From an uncultured Clostridia bacterium (GTDB taxonomy: Bacteria > Bacillota > Limnochordia > Darwinibacteriales > DTU012), in the NCBI GenBank assembly GCA_900019385.1, contig FIZJ01000003.1, positions 42,744 through 106,743 of the forward strand: a stretch of DNA of 64,000 nucleotides, written 5' to 3'. The notes under the pieces were generated by a model. It made no database searches, was not told the origin of the DNA, and saw only the letters and a program-made list of their open reading frames with translations. The position numbers were made by a program, and so were the translations under genes. Shown here piece by piece: positions 47,494 to 56,974 of this stretch. Every line of letters starts with the position of its first letter. Position 1 is the stretch's first letter.

Positions 47494-48506
47494 AGCGACT
47501 GACTGAGGCCTGCGGCGGGCCGGGCCAGGAAGATGAGGTCCGGAATCTGATCCGGGGCGAAGTGAAAGATCTGGTTGATCAAGTCACCACCGATGCCTTG
47601 GGCAACCTAATCACCGTCAAGAACGGCACCAAGGCCGGCCCAAAGGTGATGATCGCCGCTCACATGGATGAAGTGGCCTTGATGATCATGAGTATTGAAA
47701 AGTCTGGCCTGCTCAAGTTCAATCCTATTGGAGGGATTGATCCCAGGGTACTGGTGGCCAAGACAGTAGTGGTCGGCAAAAACCGTGTCCCTGGTGTAAT
47801 CGGCTCCAAACCGATTCATCTGCAAAGGCCAGAAGAACGGAAGAAACCTCTCGCCATAGAAGAGCTGTATATCGATATCGGCGCTTCCAAAAAAGATGAA
47901 GCGGAACGGATGGTCAACATCGGTGATCTGGCCTATTTCACAACCGAGTTTGCCGCGATCGGCCCTGACAAGTTCAAAGGCAAAGCCTTGGATGACCGGG
48001 TGGGCTGCGCCATGCTGATCGACATACTCAAAGACACATATCAATTCCCGCTGTATGGAGCCTTTACAGTGCAGGAGGAAGTGGGCCTGCGCGGTGCCGG
48101 CACTGCCGCATACCAGGTCCAGCCTGATCTCGCCTTGGTGCTGGAAGGAACCACCGCATCAGATGTACCCGAAACTCCCAAACACCAGCATGCCACTAGT
48201 GTTGGCAAAGGCCCTTGCCTGACAGTCATGGACAGTTCCGTGATACCTGATCCCCGGTTGGTGGCAAAGCTGATGCAGCTGGCACAGCAGCACAACATCC
48301 CGGTTCAATACAGGCGCAGCACAAGCGGCGGCACCGATGCCGGCAAAATCCAGCAAAGCCGTGCCGGAGTGCCTGTCGCAGTCATCGCCCTGCCGTGCCG
48401 CTACATTCACTCGCCTGCGGCAATCGCCAGCCAAACCGACTATGATCATGCTGTTAAACTTGTGAAGGTGTTCCTGCGCAGTCTGGAAGAAGAAGGAGGA
48501 TTCTAA
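47484..48506 (+). CDS. M42 family aminopeptidase 2
   Basis: AHMDE, DDRVG, QEEVG, LEGT and RYIH. Confidence 0.93.
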   Translation: MLLKRLTEACGGPGQEDEVRNLIRGEVKDLVDQVTTDALGNLITVKNGTKAGPKVMIAAHMDEVALMIMSIEKSGLLKFNPIGGIDPRVLVAKTVVVGKNRVPGVIGSKPIHLQRPEERKKPLAIEELYIDIGASKKDEAERMVNIGDLAYFTTEFAAIGPDKFKGKALDDRVGCAMLIDILKDTYQFPLYGAFTVQEEVGLRGAGTAAYQVQPDLALVLEGTTASDVPETPKHQHATSVGKGPCLTVMDSSVIPDPRLVAKLMQLAQQHNIPVQYRRSTSGGTDAGKIQQSRAGVPVAVIALPCRYIHSPAAIASQTDYDHAVKLVKVFLRSLEEEGGF

Positions 48507-48508
48507 CT

Positions 48509-49498
48509 ATGAAAAACCTGATTAAGGACCTCGTGGAAAGCTACGGCCCAACCGGTTTTGAGACTGAAGTAACCAACAAGATCCGCACATATATTGCTGA
48601 CAAAGTCGACGAATGTTATGTGGACGCCCTCGGCAATCTTATTGCCCGCAAAAAGGGCAGCGGCAAGAAAGTGATGTTTTCTGCCCATGCCGATGAAATC
48701 GGAGTCATTGTCACCTATATAGACGACGATGGATTCTTGCGGTTCAGCAATGTTGGCGGGCTGAACCTCCTCACTCTCCTCGGCGGCCGAGTCCGTTTCG
48801 CCAACGGTGTGATTGGTGTCATCGGCAAGGAAAAAGGCGAGCTGAAGGATCTCACCCTTGACAAGCTTTTTATCGACATCGGCGCCGCTACCAAAGACGA
48901 AGCCCAGAAAAAGGTCTCCATCGGTGATTTCGCAGTTTTCCACCGGGAATTCGCCGATTTGGGGCAGCGCCTGGTGGCCAAAAGCATGGATGACCGCATC
49001 GGCTGCGCAGTCTTGGTCGAGGCCATCCGCAGGCTGGATCATTCTGATCACGACCTCTACTTTGTTTTCAGCGCGCAGGAGGAGGTCGGGCTTCGGGGCG
49101 CCCGCACCGCGGCCTACAGCATCGACCCGGATCTGGGGATCGCAATCGATGTGACTAGGACTGGCGACACCCCGGAAGCTCCCCGCATGGATGTAAGCCT
49201 GGGCAAGGGTGCCGCCATCAAAGTGAAGGATTCCTCGGTGATCGCCCATCCCAAAGTGAAGAACCTCATGGTCCGGCTGGCCGAGGCCGATCAAATCAAG
49301 TACCAACTTGAGGTCTTGGAAGCTGGGGGAACCGACGCCGGCGCCATCCACCTCACAAAATCAGGTGTCCCGTCCGGCACCATCTCAATCCCCTGCCGCT
49401 ATGTGCACAGCCCGTCGGAAATGGTGGACCTGGACGATGTGGAAAACTGTGTGAAGTTGATTCTGGCCATCTGCCGCGATTCCCTCGATGAATTCTAG
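48509..49498 (+). CDS. M42 family aminopeptidase 3
   Basis: AHADE, DDRIG, QEEVG and RYVH. Confidence 0.93.
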   Translation: MKNLIKDLVESYGPTGFETEVTNKIRTYIADKVDECYVDALGNLIARKKGSGKKVMFSAHADEIGVIVTYIDDDGFLRFSNVGGLNLLTLLGGRVRFANGVIGVIGKEKGELKDLTLDKLFIDIGAATKDEAQKKVSIGDFAVFHREFADLGQRLVAKSMDDRIGCAVLVEAIRRLDHSDHDLYFVFSAQEEVGLRGARTAAYSIDPDLGIAIDVTRTGDTPEAPRMDVSLGKGAAIKVKDSSVIAHPKVKNLMVRLAEADQIKYQLEVLEAGGTDAGAIHLTKSGVPSGTISIPCRYVHSPSEMVDLDDVENCVKLILAICRDSLDEF

Positions 49499-49514
49499 TC
49501 CGCCAAGAAAAAAG

Positions 49515-49542
49515 AAACAGGGCTTGTTCAAAGCCCTGTTTT
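49515..49542. terminator. bidirectional terminator
   Basis: AAACAGGGCTT-gttca-AAGCCCTGTTT between convergent operons. Confidence 0.75.
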
Positions 49543-49562
49543 GCTTTTATGCGCTTGCAAGG

Positions 49563-50891
49563 CTATGCCTGTTTCCGGCTCAAAAAGAACTGGCGGGCAT
49601 ACTCGGGAAACAATATGTAACTTAAGACATCCTCATCGCTGGCAGCCAGTCCCTTGATCTCTTTCCTGGCCTCCTCCATTCCCGGTGCCAAGAGATCCGC
49701 CGGGCGGACTGTGATCGGCTTCTCGTCACCGATGATCATCTTCTGGACTTCCGGTTCGATGGGAACCGGCGGACGGCCGTACAGTCCTTTCACATAATCC
49801 TTTATCTCCTTGGTCTTGATCTTGTACCTTTCACCGGTAATCACGTTCAACACCGCCTGGGTGCCTATGATCTGGCTCATGGGCGTCACCAGAGGCGGAT
49901 AACCCAGTTCCTTGCGGACCCGGGGAACTTCCTCCAGAATCTCGTCGTATTTGTGGCTGAGCTTCTGCTGTTCCAGCTGGGCCCGGAGATTGGACAGCAT
50001 CCCTCCTGGGATCTGGCTGACCATCACTTCGGTGTTCACCGCTGCTTGCGGCTTCTTGTAATCGGCAAGGGCTTTCTTGATTTCCTGATTGATCCTGGCC
50101 AAAAGGCTCAAATCCAGGCCGGTGTCGTAATCTGTTTCCTGGAGCACCTTCACCATCGTCTCCGTTGGAGGTTGGGACGTTCCCAAAGCCAACGCGGATA
50201 TCGCTGTGTCCACCACAGCCACGCCGGCTTGAATCCCTTCCCAATAGGCCATGGACGCAAAACCACAGGTGTAATGGGAATGGAGCTGAATTGGCACATT
50301 GACGGCTTGTTTCAACTGCCTGACCAGTTCGCTGGCCCTGGCAGGCGTCAACAACCCAGCCATATCCTTGATGCAGATGGAATCGGCACCCATTTCCACC
50401 AGTTCTTTGGCAATCTTCACATAACCTGGAATGTCATGAGCAGGGCTGACAGTATAGACGACAGACGCCTGAGCGTGGGCACCTGTTTTTTTAACCGCCC
50501 GCAGGGCTCTTTCGATATTCCGGGTATCGTTCAGAGCGTCAAAGATCCGGATAATATCAATTCCGTTCTCCACCGCCTTGGCCACAAAAGTGTCCACCAC
50601 ATCATCCGGATACTGACGGTAGGCCACGAGATTTTGCCCTCTGAGCAGCATCTGCAGCTTTGTCCTGGGCATTCTTTTCCGCAGTGTCCTAAGTCTTTCC
50701 CACGGATCCTCGTTCAAATAGCGCAGGCAGGTGTCGAAGGTAGCCCCGCCCCACACTTCCACCGAATGATAACCCACCTCATCAATCATCTCGGCCACCG
50801 CGAGCATGTGCTCAATCTTCAACCGCGTGGCCAGAAGCGACTGATGGGCGTCGCGAAACAAGGTTTCTGTAATTCCGATTTTGCGCTGCAT
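49563..50891 (-). CDS. oadA: oxaloacetate decarboxylase alpha / carboxyltransferase subunit (no fused biotinyl domain)
   Basis: RDAHQS, WGGATFD, IKDMAG, HSH and PPLVTP. Confidence 0.85.
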   Translation of the reverse strand: MQRKIGITETLFRDAHQSLLATRLKIEHMLAVAEMIDEVGYHSVEVWGGATFDTCLRYLNEDPWERLRTLRKRMPRTKLQMLLRGQNLVAYRQYPDDVVDTFVAKAVENGIDIIRIFDALNDTRNIERALRAVKKTGAHAQASVVYTVSPAHDIPGYVKIAKELVEMGADSICIKDMAGLLTPARASELVRQLKQAVNVPIQLHSHYTCGFASMAYWEGIQAGVAVVDTAISALALGTSQPPTETMVKVLQETDYDTGLDLSLLARINQEIKKALADYKKPQAAVNTEVMVSQIPGGMLSNLRAQLEQQKLSHKYDEILEEVPRVRKELGYPPLVTPMSQIIGTQAVLNVITGERYKIKTKEIKDYVKGLYGRPPVPIEPEVQKMIIGDEKPITVRPADLLAPGMEEARKEIKGLAASDEDVLSYILFPEYARQFFLSRKQA

Positions 50892-50903
50892 TATCTCCCC
50901 CTC

Positions 50904-52022
50904 CTATCCAAGCACCGACAGCAGCACTCCCGCCGCGATTGCCGAGCCGATCACTCCCGCGACATTGGGCCCCATGGCGTGCATCAGCAGAAAATTGGTG
51001 CGGTCTTCTTCCTGCCCCACCAACTGTACCACCCGGGCGCTCATGGGGACTGCTGAAACACCGGCCGCTCCAATGAGAGGATTGATCTTGCCTTTGGATA
51101 TCACCGACAAAATCTTGCCAAACAGCACTCCCCCCGCAGTGGCCAACGCGAACGAAGCTGCTCCCAAAAGCAGAATAGAGATGGTCGACAAGCTGATGAA
51201 CGCAGCACCGTTGGCAGTGGCTCCCACTGTGAGCCCGACAAAAATGGTGACGATATTCATCAGTTCATTCTGGGCTGTATAAGACAGCCTCTGCGTCACG
51301 CCGCACTCCCTTAAGAGGTTTCCGAGCATCAATGTGCCGATCAAAGGCAGCGAATTCGGGACCAGCAAACCGGAAAAGAGTGTGACAATGATTGGAAACA
51401 GGATTTTTTCGACACGGCTGACTTTGCGCAGCTGTGTCATCTTAATCCTCTGCTCGGCCTTGGTTGTCAGAAGCTTCATAATCGGCGGCTGGATGATCGG
51501 CACCAGGGCCATGTACGAGTAGGCCGCTATCGCGATGGGCGCTAGAAGGTGCGGCGCCAGCATGGCCGTAAGAAAGATAGCCGTCGGGCCGTCAGCGCCG
51601 GCTATAATGGCGATTGCCGCTGCCTCCTGCATAGTGAAGCTCAAGCCGGGTAAGCTAACCGTGGATGCGATCATGAACGTGACAAAAATGCCCAACTGGG
51701 CGGCGGCACCCAAGAGCAGGCTCCGCGGATTGGCGAGCAGAGGCCCAAAATCGGTCATAGCGCCCACCCCCAAAAAAATCAAGGGTGGGTAGATCCCCAG
51801 TTCAATGCCTTTGTATAGAACGTGAAGCAGACCGCCGGGCTCCATGATGCCTGTCTTGGGGAAATTGGCCAGAAAAACACCAAAGGCGATCGGCACCAAG
51901 AGCAGCGGCTCGTATTTCTTGCGAATCCCCAAGTACATCAGGACAAGGGCAATGACCAGCATTACCGCTTCCTGCCAGGTGACCGCATATAGACCAGTGC
52001 TTTCCCACAAAGTTCCCAACAT
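50904..52022 (-). CDS. oadB: Na+-translocating decarboxylase beta subunit
   Basis: [33 protein letters not shown] and [13 protein letters not shown]. Confidence 0.95.
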   Translation of the reverse strand: MLGTLWESTGLYAVTWQEAVMLVIALVLMYLGIRKKYEPLLLVPIAFGVFLANFPKTGIMEPGGLLHVLYKGIELGIYPPLIFLGVGAMTDFGPLLANPRSLLLGAAAQLGIFVTFMIASTVSLPGLSFTMQEAAAIAIIAGADGPTAIFLTAMLAPHLLAPIAIAAYSYMALVPIIQPPIMKLLTTKAEQRIKMTQLRKVSRVEKILFPIIVTLFSGLLVPNSLPLIGTLMLGNLLRECGVTQRLSYTAQNELMNIVTIFVGLTVGATANGAAFISLSTISILLLGAASFALATAGGVLFGKILSVISKGKINPLIGAAGVSAVPMSARVVQLVGQEEDRTNFLLMHAMGPNVAGVIGSAIAAGVLLSVLG

Positions 52023-52037
52023 TCCAGATGTCCCTCT

Positions 52038-52367
52038 CTATTGGATAATAGCCAGTACATGTTCAGCTTCCACGGATACACCAGTCTGCACAATCTGAAC
52101 GACAGTGCCGGCAACCGGCGCCGTGATTTCATTCTCCAGCTTCAGTGCTTCCAAAGTGAGCAGCACATCCCCTGCCTGTACTTTGTCGCCGACCTTGGCC
52201 TTAACCGAAAGAATTGTCCCTGCCAGAGGCGCCTTCACCTCTGTGCCGCTCGGCTTCTGTTCCGAAGAAGAATGTGCCTGCGGTTTCGCTTGCTGTTCCG
52301 ACGGTGTTAAAAGCTCGACTTCCACTTCGTAGACTCTACCATCGATCTTGACACGGTATTTGGTCAT
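52038..52367 (-). CDS. stand-alone biotin carrier subunit
   Basis: KYRVKIDGRVYEVEVE, APLAGTI and EALKLENEI (variant biotinyl motif). Confidence 0.85.
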   Translation of the reverse strand: MTKYRVKIDGRVYEVEVELLTPSEQQAKPQAHSSSEQKPSGTEVKAPLAGTILSVKAKVGDKVQAGDVLLTLEALKLENEITAPVAGTVVQIVQTGVSVEAEHVLAIIQ

Positions 52368-52395
52368 ATCCTGCCCTCCATTTACTTAGCTCGAG

Positions 52396-52665
52396 TTACC
52401 CAACTCGTGTGATTCTCAGTTCTCCTTCCACACCCAATTCTTTCATCACTGCGGCAATAACCGCCAAATCCCGCGCTTGTCCGTCGAAACCACCGTCGAC
52501 AGCGGCTGGAGCAGTGCCGGGCTTTGCCTTGGGTTTTGCTGTGGAAGCTGTGAATACAGTGATCAGCTTACTGATTAACCAAACCAGGACAGCCAGGGCC
52601 ATCAGCGTCAAAAACACGACGATTGCCCCCAAGATGCTGATTTCTAGAGCACTGATGACGGCCAC
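52396..52665 (-). CDS. oadG: OadG-family decarboxylase subunit
   Basis: N-terminal TM (GAIVVFLTL), Ala/Pro linker and AVIAA motif. Confidence 0.75.
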   Translation of the reverse strand: MAVISALEISILGAIVVFLTLMALAVLVWLISKLITVFTASTAKPKAKPGTAPAAVDGGFDGQARDLAVIAAVMKELGVEGELRITRVG

Positions 52666-52697
52666 CTCCCGTTTATTGATTCATGAAAAAGCGGGGC

Positions 52698-53216
52698 TTA
52701 TTTCTTGCCGGAATAAGCCTCGCCATATTTGCGCAAAAGTTTCATCAGCCTGTCGCCAAAAGCAAAATACATGGCGGCATTGCCGACAGCATGTGTCAGA
52801 TCATGCGGCAGTCCTGCCAGATAGTAGGCAATAATCCTTCTGGTGAACAGCAGCCCGTTTAGAGAAACAATCATGCCGTACATTATTCCCAACAACCCGG
52901 CAGCCGCTGTGGACACAAGCAGGCTCCGCCTCCATTTGGTTTTGCCGTACAAGTAACTCGCCACTGCCACCGCCGTCCAGCTCAACATCTGAAAAATGGT
53001 CCAGATTCCATGGCCGAGCTGGAGATTGGAGATCCAGGTACTTATGACAGCAACCATGACTGCCGGGCGCAGTCCCATGGACATCGCTGTCACCATGATG
53101 ATCACAGTTGTCGGCTGCATCCCCGGTACTGGTTCCATGACGATCCTGCCGGCGATGCTGGCTGCCGCAAGCAGCGCAACCACCGCCTGTTCCCTAATGT
53201 GACGCCTTACTGCCAT
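52698..53216 (-). CDS. ECF transporter S component (CbrT-like)
   Basis: Multi-TM; GRI..P.PGMQPTT, SN..LGHGIWTIFQM and GLPHDLTHAVGN. Confidence 0.75.
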   Translation of the reverse strand: MAVRRHIREQAVVALLAAASIAGRIVMEPVPGMQPTTVIIMVTAMSMGLRPAVMVAVISTWISNLQLGHGIWTIFQMLSWTAVAVASYLYGKTKWRRSLLVSTAAAGLLGIMYGMIVSLNGLLFTRRIIAYYLAGLPHDLTHAVGNAAMYFAFGDRLMKLLRKYGEAYSGKK

Positions 53217-53626
53217 GGACGTAGATCCCAGTGATAGACATCCCCGTCTTTGATCTGGTACTGGGAAGCTCCAACCAAGGCCATCTCCCCGTTGATATCG
53301 TACATCCACGCCGTCTGGTCTGCGTTGGATGCCTGTCTACCCTGGATTGAGGTGATGAAGCCGCCCGTGTGCTCGATCATGAACTTGCGCTCCATCAGTT
53401 CCAGCAGCGTGTAATTCTTGTCTTTGGGTATCTTGAAATAATAAGTGATAGGATTCTGGCCGTTGTTTTCGCTCAAAATCACTTTGACATCGATTGTGTC
53501 ATTGTCGTCAGCCCAGCCAGGAATGCCTGCCGGTTCAGGCTGCGCCAGCCAATAGCCGGCGGCAGCGCCCAAGAAAGCAGCCACCACAACCAACGCCGCC
53601 ACAACTATATATGTCTGCTTCTTCAT
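53207..53626 (-). CDS. DUF4430 (transcobalamin-like C-terminal) domain protein, membrane-anchored
   Basis: TLLELM, GFITSIQG, WMYDING..A.VGA..Y.IKDGD. Confidence 0.8.
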   Translation of the reverse strand: MKKQTYIVVAALVVVAAFLGAAAGYWLAQPEPAGIPGWADDNDTIDVKVILSENNGQNPITYYFKIPKDKNYTLLELMERKFMIEHTGGFITSIQGRQASNADQTAWMYDINGEMALVGASQYQIKDGDVYHWDLRPWQ

Positions 53627-53651
53627 CCTGACCCACTCCCAACCAGAATAC

Positions 53652-54422
53652 TTAGATGGTCATGGCGCCGAACCCGCCGTCAACCCTGACCAAAGCGCCA
53701 GTCACATAGCTGGACGCTTTCTCCGACGCCAGCCAGAGGCAGACACCCTGCAGCTCCTTTGGTTCGCCAAAGCGCTTCACCGGGGTATGGCGCATGATAT
53801 CCGCGACCCGCTGCTCGTCTAGAATCCTGCGGTTTTGCTCAGCTGGGAAGAAGCCAGGTATGATGGCATTCACCCGGATGTTGTAGGGTGCCAGTTCCCT
53901 GGCCAGGTACTGGGTAATACTGTTGATCCCCGCCTTTGATGCTGAATAGGTGAACACTCTCGACAGCGGCGGCCCCGATGACACTGACGAAATATTGATG
54001 ATGCTGCCGCCGGTGCCTTGTTTGATCATCTTCTTGGCGAAAATCTGGATTGTGAACACACAGCCTTTCAAGTTGACGGCCATGATATTGTCCCATTCTG
54101 ACGGCTGCAGCTCCAAGAATGGCGTGCTGGAATTCACCCCCGGCGCGTAGAGGAGGATATCAACGGAACCGGCCCACGCTTCGATTTCGTCAGCCGCTCT
54201 CTGCACTGATTCCAAGTCGGTCACATCGGCGACAAACGATTTGATCTCGCCGCCCAAAGCCCGCACTTGCTCCTCCACTTCCGGCGCATATTCCGGTTTC
54301 ATCACTACCGAAGCGATCTTTGCGCCGTGGAGTACAAAGCCTTCAATAATCGCCCGGGCAAGGGTGCTGTTGCCGCCCATGATTACCGCTGTTTTCCCTT
54401 CTAAGCTGAACAAATCTGACAT
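53652..54422 (-). CDS. SDR oxidoreductase (D-mannonate oxidoreductase / gluconate 5-dehydrogenase-like)
   Basis: IINISS, PLSRVFTYSASK and RVNAIIPGFFPAEQNR. Confidence 0.8.
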   Translation of the reverse strand: MSDLFSLEGKTAVIMGGNSTLARAIIEGFVLHGAKIASVVMKPEYAPEVEEQVRALGGEIKSFVADVTDLESVQRAADEIEAWAGSVDILLYAPGVNSSTPFLELQPSEWDNIMAVNLKGCVFTIQIFAKKMIKQGTGGSIINISSVSSGPPLSRVFTYSASKAGINSITQYLARELAPYNIRVNAIIPGFFPAEQNRRILDEQRVADIMRHTPVKRFGEPKELQGVCLWLASEKASSYVTGALVRVDGGFGAMTI

Positions 54423-54471
54423 ACTATGGCTCCTTTCCAATAATAGATTTACATTTTTCGGCTGTGTTGGA

Positions 54472-55743
54472 TCAGCGCGTCAAATTGCCGTTAGCGTCAA
54501 ACTCCCAGTCATACGGAGCTGAGAGAATGTTCAGGTTCGGATTGCTTTCCACTTCTGGAATCATCGGCTCCGACACCTCGATCTCCGCCAGCTGCAGCGT
54601 GTTTTTGATCCTGACAAGGCGGACCTTGGTGAAATCGAGGATGTTGCAGGTTTTGATCGCTGCCTGAATAGCCTCCCGGTCATTCTCCAAAGTGGTGGGT
54701 ATCTTTGTCGGCGCTACCACTGTGGATGTGAGGCCGTTGGCATAGATTTTCTCGTAGTCGATTTTATCCACGCAGTACCTTGTGGTGAAGTCCGCGGTTC
54801 CGATGCCGTTGGCGTTGCCTTCAGTCTCGTCCGTCAAATCGAGGACCACGATCTTGGTCACATCTGGGCCTCCGTAAGCGTAAGGTGTGGGATAGCGCCC
54901 CACCACATTGGGATCAAACCCGTCTCCGCTGATGTTTTTGCCGATTTCATCGATCACCAGGACATCGATCTGGTCGAACCACAGTTTGGGCATATTGGCT
55001 TTGGCAATCTTGAGCAGTTCTTTCTCTTCGCCTTCGATCTCGCTGGCTGGAATCACCTTAAGCTTCATCACCTGATCAAAGGCATTCTCCACTGTGGCCA
55101 CACCGAACAGCACCGGCAGCTTGTCCATAATCACCTTGGCCATGGTTGGGACGAATTCGGCCATATGTTTAAACCCCAGTTGGTGGCAGGCTTCGGCGCC
55201 CTTTTGCTTGCCGAGGCCGATGGCCAGCATCTTCATCAGACCGCTTTCAATCGGGCCGCGGAACGCCGTATGGGGTTTGACCCGGTTGATGACAACGATA
55301 CCGTCAGCCTGGCATGCGAAACGATCCACGTATACAGGCAGCCCATTTTCGAGAGAAGCGATCTGATTGACCTCCATGGATGAACGGATCGGCGCCCCCA
55401 CCGAGTCTTCCGTAATCCCCAGATGCCGCAGCACTTCTTTTTGGCCTTCAGCCGAAGCACCGCCGTGGCTGCCCATGCTGGGGACGATGAACGGCTCGGC
55501 CTGCAGTGCCTTCAGCTCTTCCACCACTACCCTTACTATATCAGCGATCCGATTCACACCGCGGCTGCCTACCGCGACAGCTATCGTCATTCCCGGCTTG
55601 ATCATCGCTTGGATGTGTTCTTGACGCAGTTGAGCCCTTAGTTCGCCTTCCACGTCGGCCAGCCGGGGAGCGTCAAACTTCTGGCTTACTTTCACCATTC
55701 TTGGAATGGGTATGCCTTTCACTAGTTCCGACACTACTCCCAC
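54472..55743 (-). CDS. LarA (lactate racemase) superfamily protein (DUF2088/DUF362-like)
   Basis: GSRG, PSMGSHGG, NRVKPHT, ESGLMKM..IGLGK..GA..CH and GKNISG.G.DPNV.GR. Confidence 0.78.
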   Translation of the reverse strand: MGVVSELVKGIPIPRMVKVSQKFDAPRLADVEGELRAQLRQEHIQAMIKPGMTIAVAVGSRGVNRIADIVRVVVEELKALQAEPFIVPSMGSHGGASAEGQKEVLRHLGITEDSVGAPIRSSMEVNQIASLENGLPVYVDRFACQADGIVVINRVKPHTAFRGPIESGLMKMLAIGLGKQKGAEACHQLGFKHMAEFVPTMAKVIMDKLPVLFGVATVENAFDQVMKLKVIPASEIEGEEKELLKIAKANMPKLWFDQIDVLVIDEIGKNISGDGFDPNVVGRYPTPYAYGGPDVTKIVVLDLTDETEGNANGIGTADFTTRYCVDKIDYEKIYANGLTSTVVAPTKIPTTLENDREAIQAAIKTCNILDFTKVRLVRIKNTLQLAEIEVSEPMIPEVESNPNLNILSAPYDWEFDANGNLTR

Positions 55744-55806
55744 AGTATCACCTTCCTTGCTATATCGTCCTGTGTCTATTATACACTTTATCGGGGCATA
55801 TTTACA

Positions 55807-55833
55807 GTTCTAGGATAAAAATCAAAATCCTGC
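55807..55833 (-). promoter_or_regulatory. sigma-H-type promoter upstream of the LarA-family gene
   Basis: gcAGGATT-N15-GAACt; a TATAAT also lies closer to the gene. Confidence 0.45.
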
Positions 55834-55863
55834 CGGAATCCTAAGCAACCAAGTTCTTTATGC

Positions 55864-55892
55864 TTGACAAGTGAAACCATCATTTGTATAAT
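55864..55892 (+). promoter_or_regulatory. consensus sigma-A promoter of aroF
   Basis: TTGACA-N17-TATAAT, a perfect consensus. Confidence 0.85.
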
Positions 55893-55920
55893 TTTGCCTA
55901 AATACCAAGGGGGCAGTGCC

Positions 55921-56937
55921 ATGGTTATCGTGATGAAACAAAACACACCTGTTGACGAACTGGAGCAGCTCAAAGCCCGCTTAAGGCAGATGGGTTTCGA
56001 CATCCACTTGTCTCAGGGTGAGAACCACACTGTTATAGGCCTTATCGGCGATTCAACCAGGATCGATGAAAGCCAGCTTCAAGCCAATCCTTTCGTGGAC
56101 CGCATTCTCCGCGTCCAGCACCCATTCAAGCGGGCCAGCCGCATGTTTCATCCTGAGGACACTGTTATCGATCTTGACGGGCTAAAACTGGGTGGAGGCA
56201 ATACTTTGATCATCGCCGGGCCGTGTTCGGTTGAAAGCGAAGAGCAGCTGATGACCATCGCTCAGCAGGTTAAGGCTGCAGGCGCCCACCTGCTCCGGGG
56301 TGGTGCCTTTAAGCCAAGAACTTCCCCCTACAGTTTCCAAGGCCTAGGCCTGGAGGGCCTGGAACTCCTGCGCCGGGCGAAAGAACTCACGGGCATGCCG
56401 ATTGTCACCGAGTGCATTTCCGTGGACACAGTTGATCTTGTCGCCGAGTATGCCGACGTGGTTCAGATCGGCGCCCGCAACATGCAGAACTTCGCCTTGC
56501 TGAAAAAGGTGGGCCAGATCGATCGCGCGGTACTGCTCAAACGAGGGATGTCGGCCACTATCGAGGAATTCCTCATGGCGGCTGAATACATCCTGGCTGA
56601 AGGGAACGAGCGGGTCATTTTGTGCGAGCGAGGGATCCGCACCTACGAGACTTATACACGCAACACGTTGGATATCAGTGCCATTGTCGCCATCAAAGAA
56701 CTTTCCCACCTGCCTATCATTTGTGATCCCAGCCACGCGGCAGGAAAATGGGAAATGGTCACTCCCCTTGCCAAAGCGGCGATTGCCGCCGGCGCCGACG
56801 GTCTGATGGTCGAAGTCCACCATCGACCGGAAATCGCTCTGTCCGACGGCAGCCAATCACTCAAACCCGAGAGGTTCCACCGCTTGGTCGCGGCTGTCAA
56901 TCAGATCATCGGCCTTAACAAAAGCATGGTCCATTGA
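55921..56937 (+). CDS. aroF: DAHP synthase type I-beta with N-terminal regulatory domain
   Basis: IAGPCSVE, GGAFKPRTSPYSFQG, IGARNMQNF, ERGIRT and DPSH. Confidence 0.95.
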   Translation: MVIVMKQNTPVDELEQLKARLRQMGFDIHLSQGENHTVIGLIGDSTRIDESQLQANPFVDRILRVQHPFKRASRMFHPEDTVIDLDGLKLGGGNTLIIAGPCSVESEEQLMTIAQQVKAAGAHLLRGGAFKPRTSPYSFQGLGLEGLELLRRAKELTGMPIVTECISVDTVDLVAEYADVVQIGARNMQNFALLKKVGQIDRAVLLKRGMSATIEEFLMAAEYILAEGNERVILCERGIRTYETYTRNTLDISAIVAIKELSHLPIICDPSHAAGKWEMVTPLAKAAIAAGADGLMVEVHHRPEIALSDGSQSLKPERFHRLVAAVNQIIGLNKSMVH

Positions 56938-56945
56938 ACATGAAA

Positions 56946-56972
56946 AGTCCCTGAGCCGAGCTCAGGGACTTG
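56946..56972. terminator. bidirectional terminator
   Basis: AAGTCCCTGAGC-cga-GCTCAGGGACTT. Confidence 0.75.
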
Positions 56973-56974
56973 TT

